Positions 1-15,104 of a stretch of 64,000 nt of DNA are shown piece after piece. The position numbers and the translations under genes were made by a program. Source of the stretch: the human T2T-CHM13v2.0 reference genome, Homo sapiens. A model generated the notes under the pieces. That model had not been told where the DNA came from. It was given only the letters and a program-made list of their open reading frames with translations, and searched no databases. How positions within the stretch are numbered: the stretch's first letter is position 1; every line of letters starts with the position of its first letter. Where the stretch lies: NCBI RefSeq assembly GCF_009914755.1, contig NC_060934.1; one strand, given 5' to 3'.

Positions 1-327
1 GACTGCATATTTCATCAGCCCGCAGCGTGAGGCGCTGTTTTACCTTCAAGTTCCTGGTCCCTGGCTTAGCTCAAGTCACTTCCATCAGCTGGAAACAGGC
101 GAGCACCTCACGCCATCTAGCGGAGACACACTTTGAAGACCGCTTCAAGGGATTTGCTTAATTATGGGAGTCTCATAGGGGCACCATCCAACAGCCACAT
201 GAAAGTAACAACAGACACTGAGTAAAACCAGAATGTTTCCCCCAATAAGTGGCTGCTCTAAAATTATTTTCCCAAACTCTCCCAGGTTGCTGCCCCTTGT
301 TCCTGAGTCCACACAGCAGCTTCCTAC

Positions 328-495
328 GGAAAACACCCTCTGTGATTCTAGAAGAGCGCACTCTCCTCATCCATTGACCACAAAGACTTACTTTCTACAC
401 GATGTGAGGAAGGAAAACACCCTCTGTGATTCTAGAAGAGCGCACTCTCCTCATCCATTGACCACAAAGACTTACTTTCTACACGATGTGAGGAA
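328..495 (+). repeat. Perfect 84-bp tandem duplication
   Basis: 328-411 is identical to 412-495. Confidence 0.95.
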
Positions 496-573
496 GGGGC
501 TCCCGGCAGAGTCAGGGTCACTGCCTGGTGCCTCCGGAGAGGCTGCAAGTTGTCATGGAAAGCACAAATGTCT

Positions 574-1865
574 GTGGGATCTAACAAAACTGAAGAGCTT
601 CTGCACAGCAAAAGAAACTATCATCAGAGTGAACAGACAGCCTGCAGAATGGGAGAAAAATTTTGCAATCTATCCATCTGACAAATATCTAACATTCAAC
701 AACTACAAGGTACTTAAACAAATTTACAAGAAAAAAAACTCCATTAAAAAGTGGGCAAAGGACATGAACAGACACTTCTTAAAAAAAGACATACATGCGG
801 TCAACAAACATATGAAAAAAGCTCAACATCACTGACGATTAGATAAATGCAAATCAAAACCACAATGAGATATCATCTCACACCAGTCAGAATGGCAATT
901 ATTAAAAAGTCAAAAAAACGGCAGGGCACAGTGGCTCACACCTTTAATCCTAGCATTTTGGGAGGCTTAGGCAGGAGGATCATTTGAGGTCAGGAGTTCG
1001 AGACCAGCCTGAGCAACATAGTGAAACCCACTCTCTACTAAAAATACAAAAATTAGTCGGGCCTGGTGGCACATGCCTGTAATCCCAGCTACTTGGGAGT
1101 CTGAGGCTGAGGCACTCCCAACTGGGTGACAGAGTTAGACTCTGTCTCAAAAAGAAAAAAAGAAAAAAACTCAAAAAAACGACAGATGCTGTTGAGGTTG
1201 TGGAGAAAAAGGAAAGCTTTTACACTGCTGGTGGGAGTGTAAATTAGTTCAACCACTGTAGAAGACAGTGTGACGATTCCTCAAAGACCTGGAGGCAGAA
1301 ATACCATTTGACCCAGCAGTCCCATTACTTGGTATATACCCAAAGGAATATAAATAATTCTATTATAAAGAAACATGCACGTGTATGTTCATTGCAGCAC
1401 TATTCACAATAGCAAAGACATGGAATCAACCTAAATACCCATCAATGATAGCCTAGATAAAGAAAGTATGGTACATATACACCATGGAATACTATGCAGC
1501 CATAAAAAGGAACAAAATCATGTCCTTTGCAGGGATGTGGATGGAACTGGAGGCCATTGTCCTCAGCAAACTAACGCAGGAACGGAAAACCAAATGCTGC
1601 ATGTTCTCACTCATAAGTAGGAGCTGAATGATGAGAACACATGGACACATGGCCGGGAGAACAACACACACACGGGTCTGTTGGAGGGTGGGGGATGGGA
1701 GGAGGGAGCACATCAGGAAGAATAGCTAATGGATGCTGGGCTTAATACCTAGGTGATGGGATGATCTGTATAGTAAACCACTATGGCACATGTTTACTTA
1801 CGTAACAAACCTGCACATCCTGCACATGTACCCCTGAACTTAAAATAAAAGTTGAAAAAAAAGAA
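574..1865 (+). mobile_element. 5'-truncated L1PA (ORF2 end + 3' UTR + A tail) interrupted by an Alu
   Basis: Translates as [23 protein letters not shown] (L1 ORF2); L1 3' UTR motifs. Confidence 0.92.
920..1170 (+). mobile_element. Alu with right-arm deletion, inserted in L1
   Basis: Alu consensus; TSD-like aaaaNtcaaaaaaac on both sides. Confidence 0.9.
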
Positions 1866-2069
1866 AGTATAAATATGTGATGCATAGTGACCCTTCCTCA
1901 GCTAAAGCCACTCACCTTTGTTATCTATGCAAATGCTATTTGAATGTGCTAATCTGAGCTTGGCAGCAAGTTCAAGGGCCTCCCCAAGATTCTTGCAATT
2001 TCTGGGGCTTATTCTAATGGTCACTTTGACTTTCTTTCATGTTCAACTCCCAACCTCAGCACTCTCCTT

Positions 2070-2453
2070 CAGTGGCTGCTGTTATCCTATACCAAGATCT
2101 GGTTTCCTTCTACTTCCAGGCACAGGGAAGATTGCAATCCCCCACCCTCTTGAAATTAAGCATGGCCATGCGCCTTGTGGTGGCCAATGAACTACAAATG
2201 AAAACGCCATGCAACACTTCCAGGTAGAAGCATTCAACCCATGTGCTCCTCCATGTTTCCCTGCTCCCTGCCACATGCCTTGCCTCTTTCAGCCTGGGCC
2301 ACTGGAGTGAGGGCCACACAGAGCAGAGCCCTTGGCCCAACAAAAATGGATAAGGAGTATGTCCAAGAAAAAGCAAGCTTTTGTTGTTTAAGCCACTGAG
2401 ATTTGGGGATTGTTTGTTACCAGGACATAGCCTAGCCTATGCTGACTAATACA
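2070..2453 (+). mobile_element. MaLR LTR (old MLT1)
   Basis: Typical MLT1 3' end tttaagccactgagatttgggg...tgactaataca. Confidence 0.7.
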
Positions 2454-3189
2454 CTTCCCAAAGTAATTCTCTCTGTGTGTGTCTTGCCTGCACAGATAGA
2501 GCCATGGAATATGACTCTCTTGTTTTTTAATTCTCCAAAATACTACTCACTAAAGACATCTTGGAATATAGGAAGCATTTTTTAATTAGGCATTATTCAT
2601 TCTTGCTTTTAAAGATTTTTTTGCCCACCATTCTCATTGCCAAAACAACCCTTCCACACTCCTTTTGTCTCTTCTACCCTCAACTCCTACAGCACACAAA
2701 ACATTTTAGCAATTCCTTTGTCTTTTTGTCTCCTCTTGAACCAATTGTTCTCAACTGTGTCAGATCTAATGTCCTGTTTTTTATAATAAATATTTTGACA
2801 CTACCTCTGCTACCCCAAAAATAAAATTAATAGATAATGTACCTTATCTAGACACATGATTTTAAAAATTGAATATAAATTTTTAATTGTAATATAAAGG
2901 AGGACATGTCCATAATAAAATATGATTTTTAATAGTCACATACTTGGGCATAACCACAGGAGAAGACATTATGAAGGAGTCGGATGGTTACCAACAAATA
3001 CGGATCACCATGCCTGCAACACTACAAATTCAGACTAACAGAGATATGGGGTATGGGTTACTCATGTACCCTAAGAGCAACAGTGGCAACTGTGATGTTA
3101 CTTTTTTCAAGTGGTGAACATTTCTTGATTCAAAGTACAATTAACCTTGATTTACTCAGTCTTTGCATTCCCTCAAAATTCAATGTATA

Positions 3190-3825
<636 letters not shown>

Positions 3826-3933
3826 TATATTAAAACATTTCAAAAATATTATGTGAAACAGAATTAGGTTATAGGACCAAAGAATTTTTAACCTGCCTTT
3901 CACTTACACTTACACAATATCTGGCAAGGCACT

Positions 3934-6217
3934 TGTATTAGTCTGTTTTCACACTGCTGATAAAGACATACATGAGACTGGGCAATTTGCTAAAGAAAGA
4001 GGTTTAATTGGGTTTACAGTTTCATGTGGCTGGGAAAGCCCCACAATCATGGTGAAAAGGAAGGAGGAGCAAGTCACATCTTACGTGGATGGTGGCAGGC
4101 AAAAGACGAGAGCAATTGTGCAGGGAAATTCCCCTTTTTAAAACCATCAGATCTCATGAGACTTATTCACTATCACAAGAACAGCATGGGAAGGACCTGC
4201 CCCCATGATTCAATTACCTCCCACTAGGTTCCTCCCACAACACATAGGAATTCAAGATGAGATTTGGGTGGGGACACAGAGCCAAACCATATCATTCCAC
4301 CCCTGGCCTCTCCCAAATCTCATATCTTCACATTTCAATACCAATCATGCCTTCCCAGCAGTCCCCCAAAGTCTCAACTCACTTCTGCATCAACTCAAAA
4401 GTCCACAGTCCAAAGTCCCATCTGGGACAAGGCAAGTACCGCCTGCCTATGAGCCTGTAAAATCAAAAGCAAGTTAGTTATTTCCTAGATACAATGCAGG
4501 TATATGCATTGAGTAAATATAGCCATTCCAAATGGGAGAAATTAGCCAAACAAAGGCACTACAGGCCCCATGCAAATCCAAAATCCAGCAATGCAGTCAA
4601 ATCTTAAAGTTCCAAAATGATCTCCTTTGACTCCATGTCATGCATCTGAGTAACGTTTATGCAAGAGGTGGGTTCCCATGGCCTTGGGCAGCTCCATCCC
4701 CGTGGCTTTGCAGGGTACAGCCACCCTCCCAGCTGCTTTCATGGGCTGGTGTTGAGTGTCTGCGGCTTTTCCAGGCACACAGTGCAAGCTGTAGGTGGGT
4801 CTACCATTCTAGGGTCTGGAGGACTGTGGCCCTCTTCTCAACAGCTCCACTAGGTGGATACCCAGTAGGCACCTCCCATCCCACATTTCCCTGTCTTATT
4901 GCCCTTGCAGAGGTTCTCCACAAGGACAACACACCTACAGCAAACTTCTGCCTGGGCATCCGGGCATTTCCACACATCTTCTGAAATCTAGAGGGAGGTT
5001 CCCAAACATCAATTCTTGACTTCTGTGCACTTGCAGGCTCAACACTATGTGGAAGCTGCCAAGGCTTGGGGCTTGCACCCTCTGAAGCCATGGCCTAAGC
5101 TCTAGATTAGCCCCTTTCAGCCACAGCTGGAGTGGCTGGGACACAGAGCACCAAGTCCCTAGGCTGCACACAGCATGGGGACCCTGGGCCTGGCCCACAA
5201 AACCATTTTTTCCTCTTAGGCCTCTAGGCCTGTGATGGAAGAGGCTGCTGTGAAGACCTCTGACCTGCCCTGGAAACATTTTCCACATTGTCTTGGGGAT
5301 TAACATTAGGCTTCTTGTTACTTATGCAAATTTCTGCAGCCAGCTTGAATTTTTCCCCAGAAAGTGGAATTTCCTTTTCTATTGCATTGTCAGACTGCAA
5401 ATTTTCCAGACTTTTATGCTCTACTTCCCTTATAAAACTTAATGCTTTTAACAGCATCCAAGTCACCTCTTGAATGCTTTGCTGCTTAGAAATTTCTTCT
5501 GCCAGATAGCCTAAATCATCTCTCTCAAGTTCAAAGTTCCACAAATCTCTAGGGCAGGGGCAAAATGCCACCAGTCTTTTTGCTAAAATATAGCAAGAGT
5601 CACTTTTGCTCAAGTTCCCAACAACTTCCTCATTTCCATCTGAGACCACCTCAACCTGGGCTTTATTGTCCATATAGCTACAGCATTTTGGTTGAAAGCC
5701 ATTCAACAAGTCTCTAGAAAGTTCCAAACTTTCCCACATTTTCCTGTCTTCTTCTGAGCCCCTCAAACTCTTCCAACCTCTGCCTGTTACCCAGTTTCAA
5801 AGTCACTTCTACTTTTTCGGGTATCTTTTCAGCAGCATACCACTTCTGGTACCAATTTGCTGTATTAGTCCATTTTCATGCTGCTGATAAAGATATACCA
5901 GACTGAGACTGAGCAATTTACAAAAGAAAGAGGTTTAATTGGACTTACAGTTTCATGTAGCTGGAAGCCTCACAATCATGGTGGAAGACAAGGAGGAGCA
6001 AGTCACATCTTACATGGATGGCAGCAGGCAAGAAATGAGCTTGTGAAGGGAAACTTCCCTTTTTAAAACCATCAGATAGTGTGAGACTTACTCACTATCA
6101 TGAGGACAGCACAGGAAAGATCTGCCCCCATCATTCAATTACCTCCCACTGGGTTCCTCCCACAACAGGTGGGAATTCAAGATGAGATGTGGGTGGGGAC
6201 ACAGCCAAGCCACATCA
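3934..6217 (-). mobile_element. Full-length THE1 (THE1B-like) MaLR element: LTR 3934-4294, internal 4295-5860, LTR 5861-6217
   Basis: Two ~360-bp LTRs (tgtattagtc...atca); 5-bp TSD GCACT at 3929-3933 and 6218-6222; remnant internal ORF 5224-5766. Confidence 0.93.
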
Positions 6218-6879
6218 GCACTCATATGTTTTGTGTTACTAAAGACAATTCTTTATTTTTAAGTCTTGTCCTGTGCATAGCAGGACATTTAGCATTCTTG
6301 ACTTCACTCACCAAATGCTATCAGTCTTTCAATCATCATAGCAACCAAAAAAATAACCCCATAAATTTCCCAAATGAACCCTGGTGGAAGTTCACCTCAT
6401 GGTTCTAAAATATTCCAAAGTGGAACTCATCTTTTATCACAAATCAAGGGTGTATGTGTGTTTATTTTTACTTTTGTATTTATACATGCACACACACACT
6501 CACATGCACAGGTTAAGTTCTCACTTTGTGTTATGGTGCTGTAAACATCATCATTGAGGCAGATGTTGTGCAAACTAATTTTAATCAACAGGATAAATTA
6601 CAATTATAAACTGATCTTTAAATCGTTTTCAAAATATTAAAAGCTTTGTTCCTGTCAGTTATAAATGCATAGAAAATTTTTTAAATGATAAAACTATTTA
6701 AAAAACCATATATTAAAATATTAAGAATTAAAGTACTTTATATATTTGTTTAAAAACTTATTCATAGTAGTTTGAGAAGGGCTCATTTTCTTCTCGTTGT
6801 ACAATTTTGGATCCTAAGTGAGCAACTTGTTTATGCCTCAAGAAATTGTCCTACCCCTTTCTAAGTTTGAATCCACTTC

Positions 6880-6881
<2 letters not shown>

Positions 6882-6923
<42 letters not shown>
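6882..6923 (+). repeat. (GT)n microsatellite, ~21 units
   Basis: Direct inspection. Confidence 0.97.
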
Positions 6924-6929
<6 letters not shown>

Positions 6930-7789
6930 TGGTCAAATATCTTCAGAACTTTTTTACAATGTGTTTTTTGCTGGTGTTCTTTGGCTTGCTTTCTCCAAGA
7001 CATCATACTTTTCATCACAACCACTTTCGTTATTTCTGTCAGTAAATTCACCTTCTCAAAGTCTCTCTGGCTGCACACCTAGAGTCTTGAAGTGGGGGCA
7101 GGGTAGGGGCAATGTCAACCTTCCCCTGGTCAGCTATTTCTTCTATAACTACATTTATGATCAAACTCAAATTTTACTCCCAGCATTGTCAGTTTTCTTA
7201 GGGACTTTCATTTTTATTAGCCATTCTCTCTTTCAGTTATCCATTTTTGTAAAGTGTCACATGAGTTTATCACTGGGAGATAAGGAAGAAGCACAAGTAC
7301 ATACTTTGCTGTCTGTGCATGAACCCAAGAACAGATGTGCAGTGACCAAGACTGGGAAAAGAATGAGAAGCTGTGAGGCCATTGGTCACCAATCATGCTT
7401 CTATGCAAATAGCAGATGCATCATCGGCATCTGCTATTCACACAGTGATTTTTGGATGAGAGGGCTGGTAGCCAAGTGTGTGCTCTGTGCAATTCCTCAC
7501 ATGGACATGCTACAGTAATTGAAACTTAAACCATGTTGTTGGTGGACTAGTGTCATTTAACTAAATCGTAGTAACGTAAATCCATGCATGGCAAACAAGG
7601 ACTGCTGCGATATAATATTCTATATACAGAATTGGATTTTCTGGAGAGATGATATACCCCTTCCTTAAAGACAAAAGCAGCTTCAATCAGTTGTGATTTC
7701 AAGCATGATATTTTTTTCTTGTCTATATAGACACAGAGTAATACTCAAGAAATAGGAGCCCACTGTGCAGATAAATTGACAACCTAGTT

Positions 7790-8093
7790 TGTTTTTTGTT
7801 TTTTTTTTTTTTGAGACAGAATCTTGCTCTGTCGTCCAGGCTGGAGTGCAGTGGCACCACCTTGGCTCACTGCAAGCTCCGCCTCCCAGGTTCACGCCAT
7901 TCTCCTGCCTCAGCCTCCTGAGTAGCTGGGACTACAGGTGCCCGCCATCATGCCTGGCTAATTTTTTGTATTTTTAGTAGAGATGGGGTTTCACCGTGTT
8001 AGCCAGGATGGTCTCAATCTCCTGACCTCATGATCCACCCACCTTGGCCTCCCAAAGTGCTGGGATTACAGGCTTGAGCCACCGCACCCGGCC
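7790..8093 (-). mobile_element. Alu (Y/Sc-like)
   Basis: Consensus; TSD acaacctagttt. Confidence 0.93.
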
Positions 8094-8733
8094 AACAACC
8101 TAGTTTCTATCTAGAAGAAACAAATTATGGTAAGTTTGTTTATATAGATCAGGTCCTATATAAAAAATAATGCCATACATGTTTTAAAGGGCCAATTTTT
8201 TTTGTTTTTCTTATTGCTATAACTTAAAGAATACCCTAGAACCACACTGACTCAAAATTCTTCTCTTGTTGGTCTGCATTTTATGCTGCCTTCTTTTCAA
8301 AGTTTATCTCAAATGGACTCTCCAAATAAAGGAAGAAGAAACCTAAACAAGAGGAGAGAGGTGCTCTGAGGCAAGACGGTAATGGGAGGAAGGCTTTTTC
8401 TAGCTTTCTGTTGAATTATGGAAACTTCACAGTCCCTAGAATTCATCTTTCAATAGCCTCCATCTCCAATGCAAGAATCCCTTCATTCCCTTCCTAAAAT
8501 CTGGTCTTACAGCCTCTGTTTAGACACTTCAATAGCAGAAACACTAATAATAATAATATTATTAATAGCTATTTAATGGGAATTTGTTCTGTTCCAGTTA
8601 TTATAAAGATCTTTACATGTGTCATTTCTCATCATCTTTAATAACATAATATTTGTTAGATGATGATTTTCATTTTTGACTCAGAATCTCTAAAACCCCA
8701 TTTCCTTATGCCATTTCCATGCCCCACTTTCCT

Positions 8734-9220
8734 TGTAGTGGATTAAAGATGGTCCCAAATTCCTTGCCATTCTTCTAATCAGAGGTGGGGTTTATTGCCT
8801 GCCCCTCCCCTTGAATCATGGCTGTCCTTGAGACTCGATTTGCCCAACAGAAGTGCAACAGTGTAATTTCCAAATGATGGGCCTTGCAAGATAGACAACT
8901 TCATTTCTGCACACTGAGAATGCCCCTTCTTGAACCTCAGCCATGTGGGGAGAAGGCTAGGTCATGTGGGGAGGCCATGCAGAGGAGAACCGAGGTGCTC
9001 TGGTCAGCAGCCCCAGCTGTGCTCCCTGTCAACAGCACCAATGGCCAGCCATGTGAACTGAGTTGGATGTTATTCCCTAGCCGAACCTCTGCTGACCATG
9101 GGCCCAGCCAACAGACCATGCAGCAGAAGAACCATCCATCTGAAACTAGTCAACCCACAGACTCAGGAGAGAGATTAAACTGTTGCTTTGAAACACTAAG
9201 TTGTGCAGCAGTCAATAATT
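8734..9220 (+). mobile_element. MaLR LTR (old MLT1)
   Basis: tgtagtggattaaagatgg...cccctccccttgaatc...tgttgctttgaaacactaagt. Confidence 0.65.
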
Positions 9221-10316
9221 GAAGCATTCTAGAGGCAATAACCCTCTAGAAATACAGTGATTAAGCCCAGCTTCACAGGGCAGTTTGGCCCAACTGACTA
9301 CCAGGAGAAGCTTGTCCTGGCCCAATGAATCCTGCCTCACTGCACCTCAAAGGAATGTGCTGGCAGGTGCCCAGCACTCATGGGGTGAGTTCCAGAACGG
9401 CCAGAATGGCCTGGCTTCACTCACTTGAACGCCCTCTGCCACAGCCTTGTTTGCACAGTGTGGACCTCACGCATTCTTCTGCCACATAGACTGGCACATT
9501 CTTCAAACTTCTGATTTCTTTTCCCAGATTCTGACTTTATTCCTTAATTCCAGCCTGAAGTCTCCATAGAAAAATAACCCCGTAACGAACCTCCTCAGGC
9601 CTCGCACGTGGATCATTGCCATACTTACCTCACCTTCTCATTTTTCTTGAACTGTGTATTAATAGCATATTCTTGTGCAACAGTTTTGAATCTCTATCCT
9701 GACCCACCTTCAATGGTTTAATTTAGTAAAATCTTTTATATAATATTCCACTCAGAATTGAATGTGATGTTTTAGGTATGGTCTACACTGGAGAATGCAC
9801 TGAGACTTTTCTGTAGCACTTCTAGAATTTATATTCAGCATACCTTCTTTTTCACCATTCATGTTTATTTCAAGCATATTTCATTTGAACCACTTTAGTG
9901 AATTCTAGGGCCCTGTTTCTTACCACTAAATTAATTTCTTCAAGTTAACATCATTGTAGTCATCAATGCTTTTCTGGTTGGATTTGTTCAAACAACTGGT
10001 TCTATAATTAACCAGATAAAAATTCATTCCATTTTCATTTCCTACCTCATCCATGATAAACACATTACAGTCGATCTATGCTTATCGAATCTGGATCTGC
10101 CAGTTTAGAAACAGCACAGCAAAGAGGAGTAAAATTAGCTCAACTTAATGTTCAACCAAGCACTGTGTCACCACCAATTCTTCAGGCAGTAAATGGCCCC
10201 TTGCCATTTGCAAGCTCTAAAATCCAAGGGAAGAATCTGGCTATGACATATGGGAAGTGTTTATGGGTTATGTGTGTGTTACCAGCTCCTGGGGCTGCTG
10301 ACAAGTTAGTCTCCCT

Positions 10317-10405
10317 CTCAATGTCTGACGAGGACTGGGCCCATGTCTCGGGCTTGGACTCAATATCTGACGAGGACTGGGCCCATGTCTCGGGCTTGGA
10401 CTCAA
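10317..10405 (+). repeat. 42-bp tandem duplication with terminal hairpin
   Basis: Two copies with one mismatch. Confidence 0.93.
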
Positions 10406-10469
10406 GCCCGATATCTGCTATGCCTGAAGACGTGGTTCCTGTTGCCTCCTGAGACCCTTATGAAGGCCT

Positions 10470-10600
10470 TGGCAGCATGGAGTGACTCATGCCTGTAATC
10501 CCAGCACTTTGGGAAGCCTGTGCAGGAGGATCTGTTAAGTCCAGAAGTTTGAGACAAGCCTGGGCAACATAATGAGACCCAGTATCTACAAAAAAAACAA
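10470..10600 (+). mobile_element. Alu monomer (FLAM-like)
   Basis: Left-arm consensus plus A tail. Confidence 0.8.
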
Positions 10601-11044
10601 GAGGGTCTTAACACCATCTTCTCTGCCTAGCTTTATTTCCAGACTCTGCCCCCTTTGCCCCCACCTCCTGGACTGTCTTTCCTCTGTCCTCATTGGTGTG
10701 AGGACCCTCCCACTGCACACCTATTCTCAGTGCCCAGTGAGCTTCCACTTTGTCCCCATCCCATAGCTAGTGAGCCTCAGTCGTCAAACCCCTCCCATAC
10801 ACACGTGTCAAATTTCTTCCTTTTCAAAAGTTTTCTCAAACCATCTTTTTAATCACTGCATGTCATTTTTTAAATCAAGTCTACTATAAGCTCGCCAATC
10901 TATATTTACAGAAATCTAGATTTTTTCCTTTTTGAAAACTGAAGTAATCTAATAGTCATCATTTACAAGCATTTTCAATTCAGAACTTCTTTCTGTGCCC
11001 TGCCGTGTAATTAGTCTGGGAAACAATTCATTTAAATGACTTCA

Positions 11045-11343
11045 GGCCGGGCGTGGTGGCTCACGCCTGTAATCCTAGCACCTTGGGAGGCCGGGGCGTG
11101 TGGATCACCTGAGGTCAGGGGTTCAAGACCAGCCTGGCCAACACGGTGAAACCCCATCTCTACTAAAAATACAAAAATTAGCTGGGCATGGCAGAGTGCA
11201 CCTGTAATCTCAGGTACTCGGGAGGCTGAGGCGAGGAGAATTGCTTGAACCCATGAGGCAGAGGCTGCAGTGAGCTGACATGGCACCACTGCACTCTAGC
11301 CTAGGCAACAGAGCAAGACTCCATCTAAAAAAATAAAAATAAA
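11045..11343 (+). mobile_element. AluS
   Basis: Consensus. Confidence 0.93.
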
Positions 11344-11346
11344 TAT

Positions 11347-11460
11347 GTAGAGACCAGGTCTTGCTATATTGCCCAGGTCTCAAATTCCTGGCCTCAAGTG
11401 ATCCTCCCGACTTGACCTCCCAAAGTGTTGGGATTACAGGTGTGAGCCACTGTGCTGACC
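11347..11460 (-). mobile_element. Alu left arm/monomer, inverted and adjacent to the previous Alu
   Basis: Consensus. Confidence 0.85.
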
Positions 11461-12500
11461 TGTTTTAACACTACTACTAGTAACTAGCACTTAGTTAGCA
11501 CCTAATGTGTTCCAGGAACTGCTCTAAGTCCTTCATACATACTCATAGGTGAGTATTATTTGTTATTCCCATTTTTCAGATGAGGACGTTGAGGCATACA
11601 GAGATTTGCCAAAAGTCATGAACCCAGCTCGTTAGTCAAAGAGGCAGGCCAGGGAAGGGGTTGATGACGACGCTGCCGACTCACACTGTTCAGTCCATTT
11701 TCCATCGTTACCGCCAACCTCGGCCCTGTATCTTGACCCTACTCCACTTCTCTAGCCACAGCCTGGCATGGTACTTAATGTGGAGAAAGTCTGTTTTCTA
11801 TACGTATTTGAGCTGTGATACCTTCCTTCTGATTGTAAAGATATTTTCTTATAGCTTCTTCAAGGATTGTCTATTTGAATTTCCAAAGATGACATTCAAT
11901 TACTCTGCTACATCTTTTCCCCTCTCTTGGCCACATGACTTAACCACTCTGAGCCTCACTTTCATCATCTTTTAAATTAGAGGATCCAGCTAGATAACCT
12001 CTAACATCCCTGGTGGCTCAGATATCCAAACACACTCTTCGCCCTGTTTACACCTTGGAGGGAGCCACAATTACTCATATGAAGGTGCTTCCCAGCCTGT
12101 ACCTGAAATACCAGCACCAGATCTTAGTGTGATCGTGAGACCACTTCCAGATGAGACCCCTTCCTCGCCAGAAAACACCCAGACACCCTGGGAGGAACAG
12201 CAAAAGCTGCTACACTGGAATTGACCTATCGTGGCTGGTCACATGTCTACTCTACTCTCGATTTCTCTACTCTGGCAATGGATTTGAATTTGAACTTCAG
12301 AGGTAAGGAACACAGAATAGGAAAGAACTGAAATGGCTCAACAGCAAAGCCACGTTTCCATGGCTTAAGAACCAATGAGAGAATCCGTTCCATGCTCTCT
12401 AACTTCCCATTTTTGGCTTGTGATACTGCTATTCAGTTTCAAATATTTTTCTTTTGAAACATCTTTATGTTCTGGCCTCAAATGATACAAACCCACACCT

Positions 12501-13158
<658 letters not shown>

Positions 13159-13854
13159 TCAAATATCATCTTTGGAAATTCAAACAGACAATCCTTGAAG
13201 AAGATGTAACAAAATGTCTTCACAATCAGAGGAAGCCATCACAGCTCAACTATGTGTAGAAAACAGACCTGCTCCATGTTATGTGCAACCTGACCCACCA
13301 AACAAGCAGGTCAGGGTCAAATATAGCTATTTTTCTGGTGAATTCATCCAGCTTTGACTTTGGACTTTTACAAACATGCTCTTTCACAATGACAGGGCTG
13401 GAGCTGAATGCTATAAATGTGAGGCAGCTATTGTTATACTGTCAGCTAAACCACAATGACTTACACTCAGTGATGAATCTCAAGTTTGTTGATATTTCCC
13501 AGAGTTCCCAATGAGTACTAAATGTTATCTCTTTGTTCAAACATTATGAAATATTGTGATTTTTTTTCTTGTAGATTTCCTACTGATTTTCACATACGTG
13601 AAAGTGAATATTCTTGTGGCATTTATGGTAGTGATTTCCATCCTAGAAATCAGTGGATATATTCAATTCACCACGTCACAGCTGCCCAGGCATGATGGGA
13701 GGGGTTGGCAGTGGGGTGGGGAGTGCAAGGGGAAAGGGTCTCAGGTTCAAGACTCAGTAGCCTGAATACACAGCCTACGCGGTCGTGCTTCTGAACATTG
13801 AGAGAGAGAGCAAATGTTGTTTTGTTTTGTTTTGTTTTCAAGAATTTGGGATCA

Positions 13855-14156
13855 GGCTGAGCACAGTGGCTCACGCCTATAATCCCAACACTTTGGGAGG
13901 CTGAGGCAGGTGGATTACTCGAGGTCAGGAGTTTGAGACCAGCCTGACCAATATGGTGAAACCCCATCTTTACTTTAAAAAAAATAATACAAAGTTAGTT
14001 GTGGTGGTGCACGCCCGTAATTCCAGCTACTTGGGAGGTTCAGGCAGGGGAATCGCGTGAACCTGGGAGGTGGAGGTTGCAGTAAGCCAAGATCATGCCA
14101 TTGCGCTTGAGTCTGAGCCACAGAGTGACGCTCCCTCTCAAAAAAAAAAAAAAAAA
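13855..14156 (+). mobile_element. AluS
   Basis: Consensus; TSD-like tttgggatc. Confidence 0.92.
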
Positions 14157-14297
14157 GGACTTTGGGATCTGAAGACAGAGTATCAGCATGGAAAAAAGTC
14201 CAGCCTGCTTTTGGTTTGGTTTATTCTGAGATAATTCTGAATATCAGATTAAAATAATCAGAAAGGAAATGATCAATGGAAGGAGGTATGATTTTGA

Positions 14298-14714
<417 letters not shown>

Positions 14715-15104
14715 TGAGGGGTCCACTGAGGCACTCACTGGCCAAGGTGGGCGCTCAACTAGTCCAACCTAGGCAAGGGAGGGGAGAATCTGTTTTCTCC
14801 CTTCCATTATTTCAGAAGTTATGTTTCTCCAGCAGACACACGGCTGTGCAATTTCGAAGACTGAGGGGAAACTAGGGAGGAAAATGCAGAAAACTCTCTG
14901 TTGCATGCCCTGTGAATTGGGCTTTAAATGTAGCAAGGAGCTCCAGGATCCCAGAAGTTGGCCTGGGGTGCTTGGTCCTGAGGATAAGACAACCTCCCTT
15001 GTATTGTAATTCTGCCCACAGCTGGAGCTTCCTATTTCAGTGTTGCATCCAAGAAGTTACATTTCCTGTTTGTTGCAAGAAAAATAGAATCTGACCAGGA
15101 TGGA

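Noticed and set aside
233-835. 200-aa ORF with an internal repeat
   Set aside because: 84-bp duplication fused to an L1 ORF2 remnant
5224-5766. 180-aa minus-strand ORF
   Set aside because: Remnant of the THE1 internal region, not an independent gene
6886-7518. 210-aa ORF
   Set aside because: Starts in the (GT)n microsatellite at a non-ATG codon; no recognisable domain or splice context
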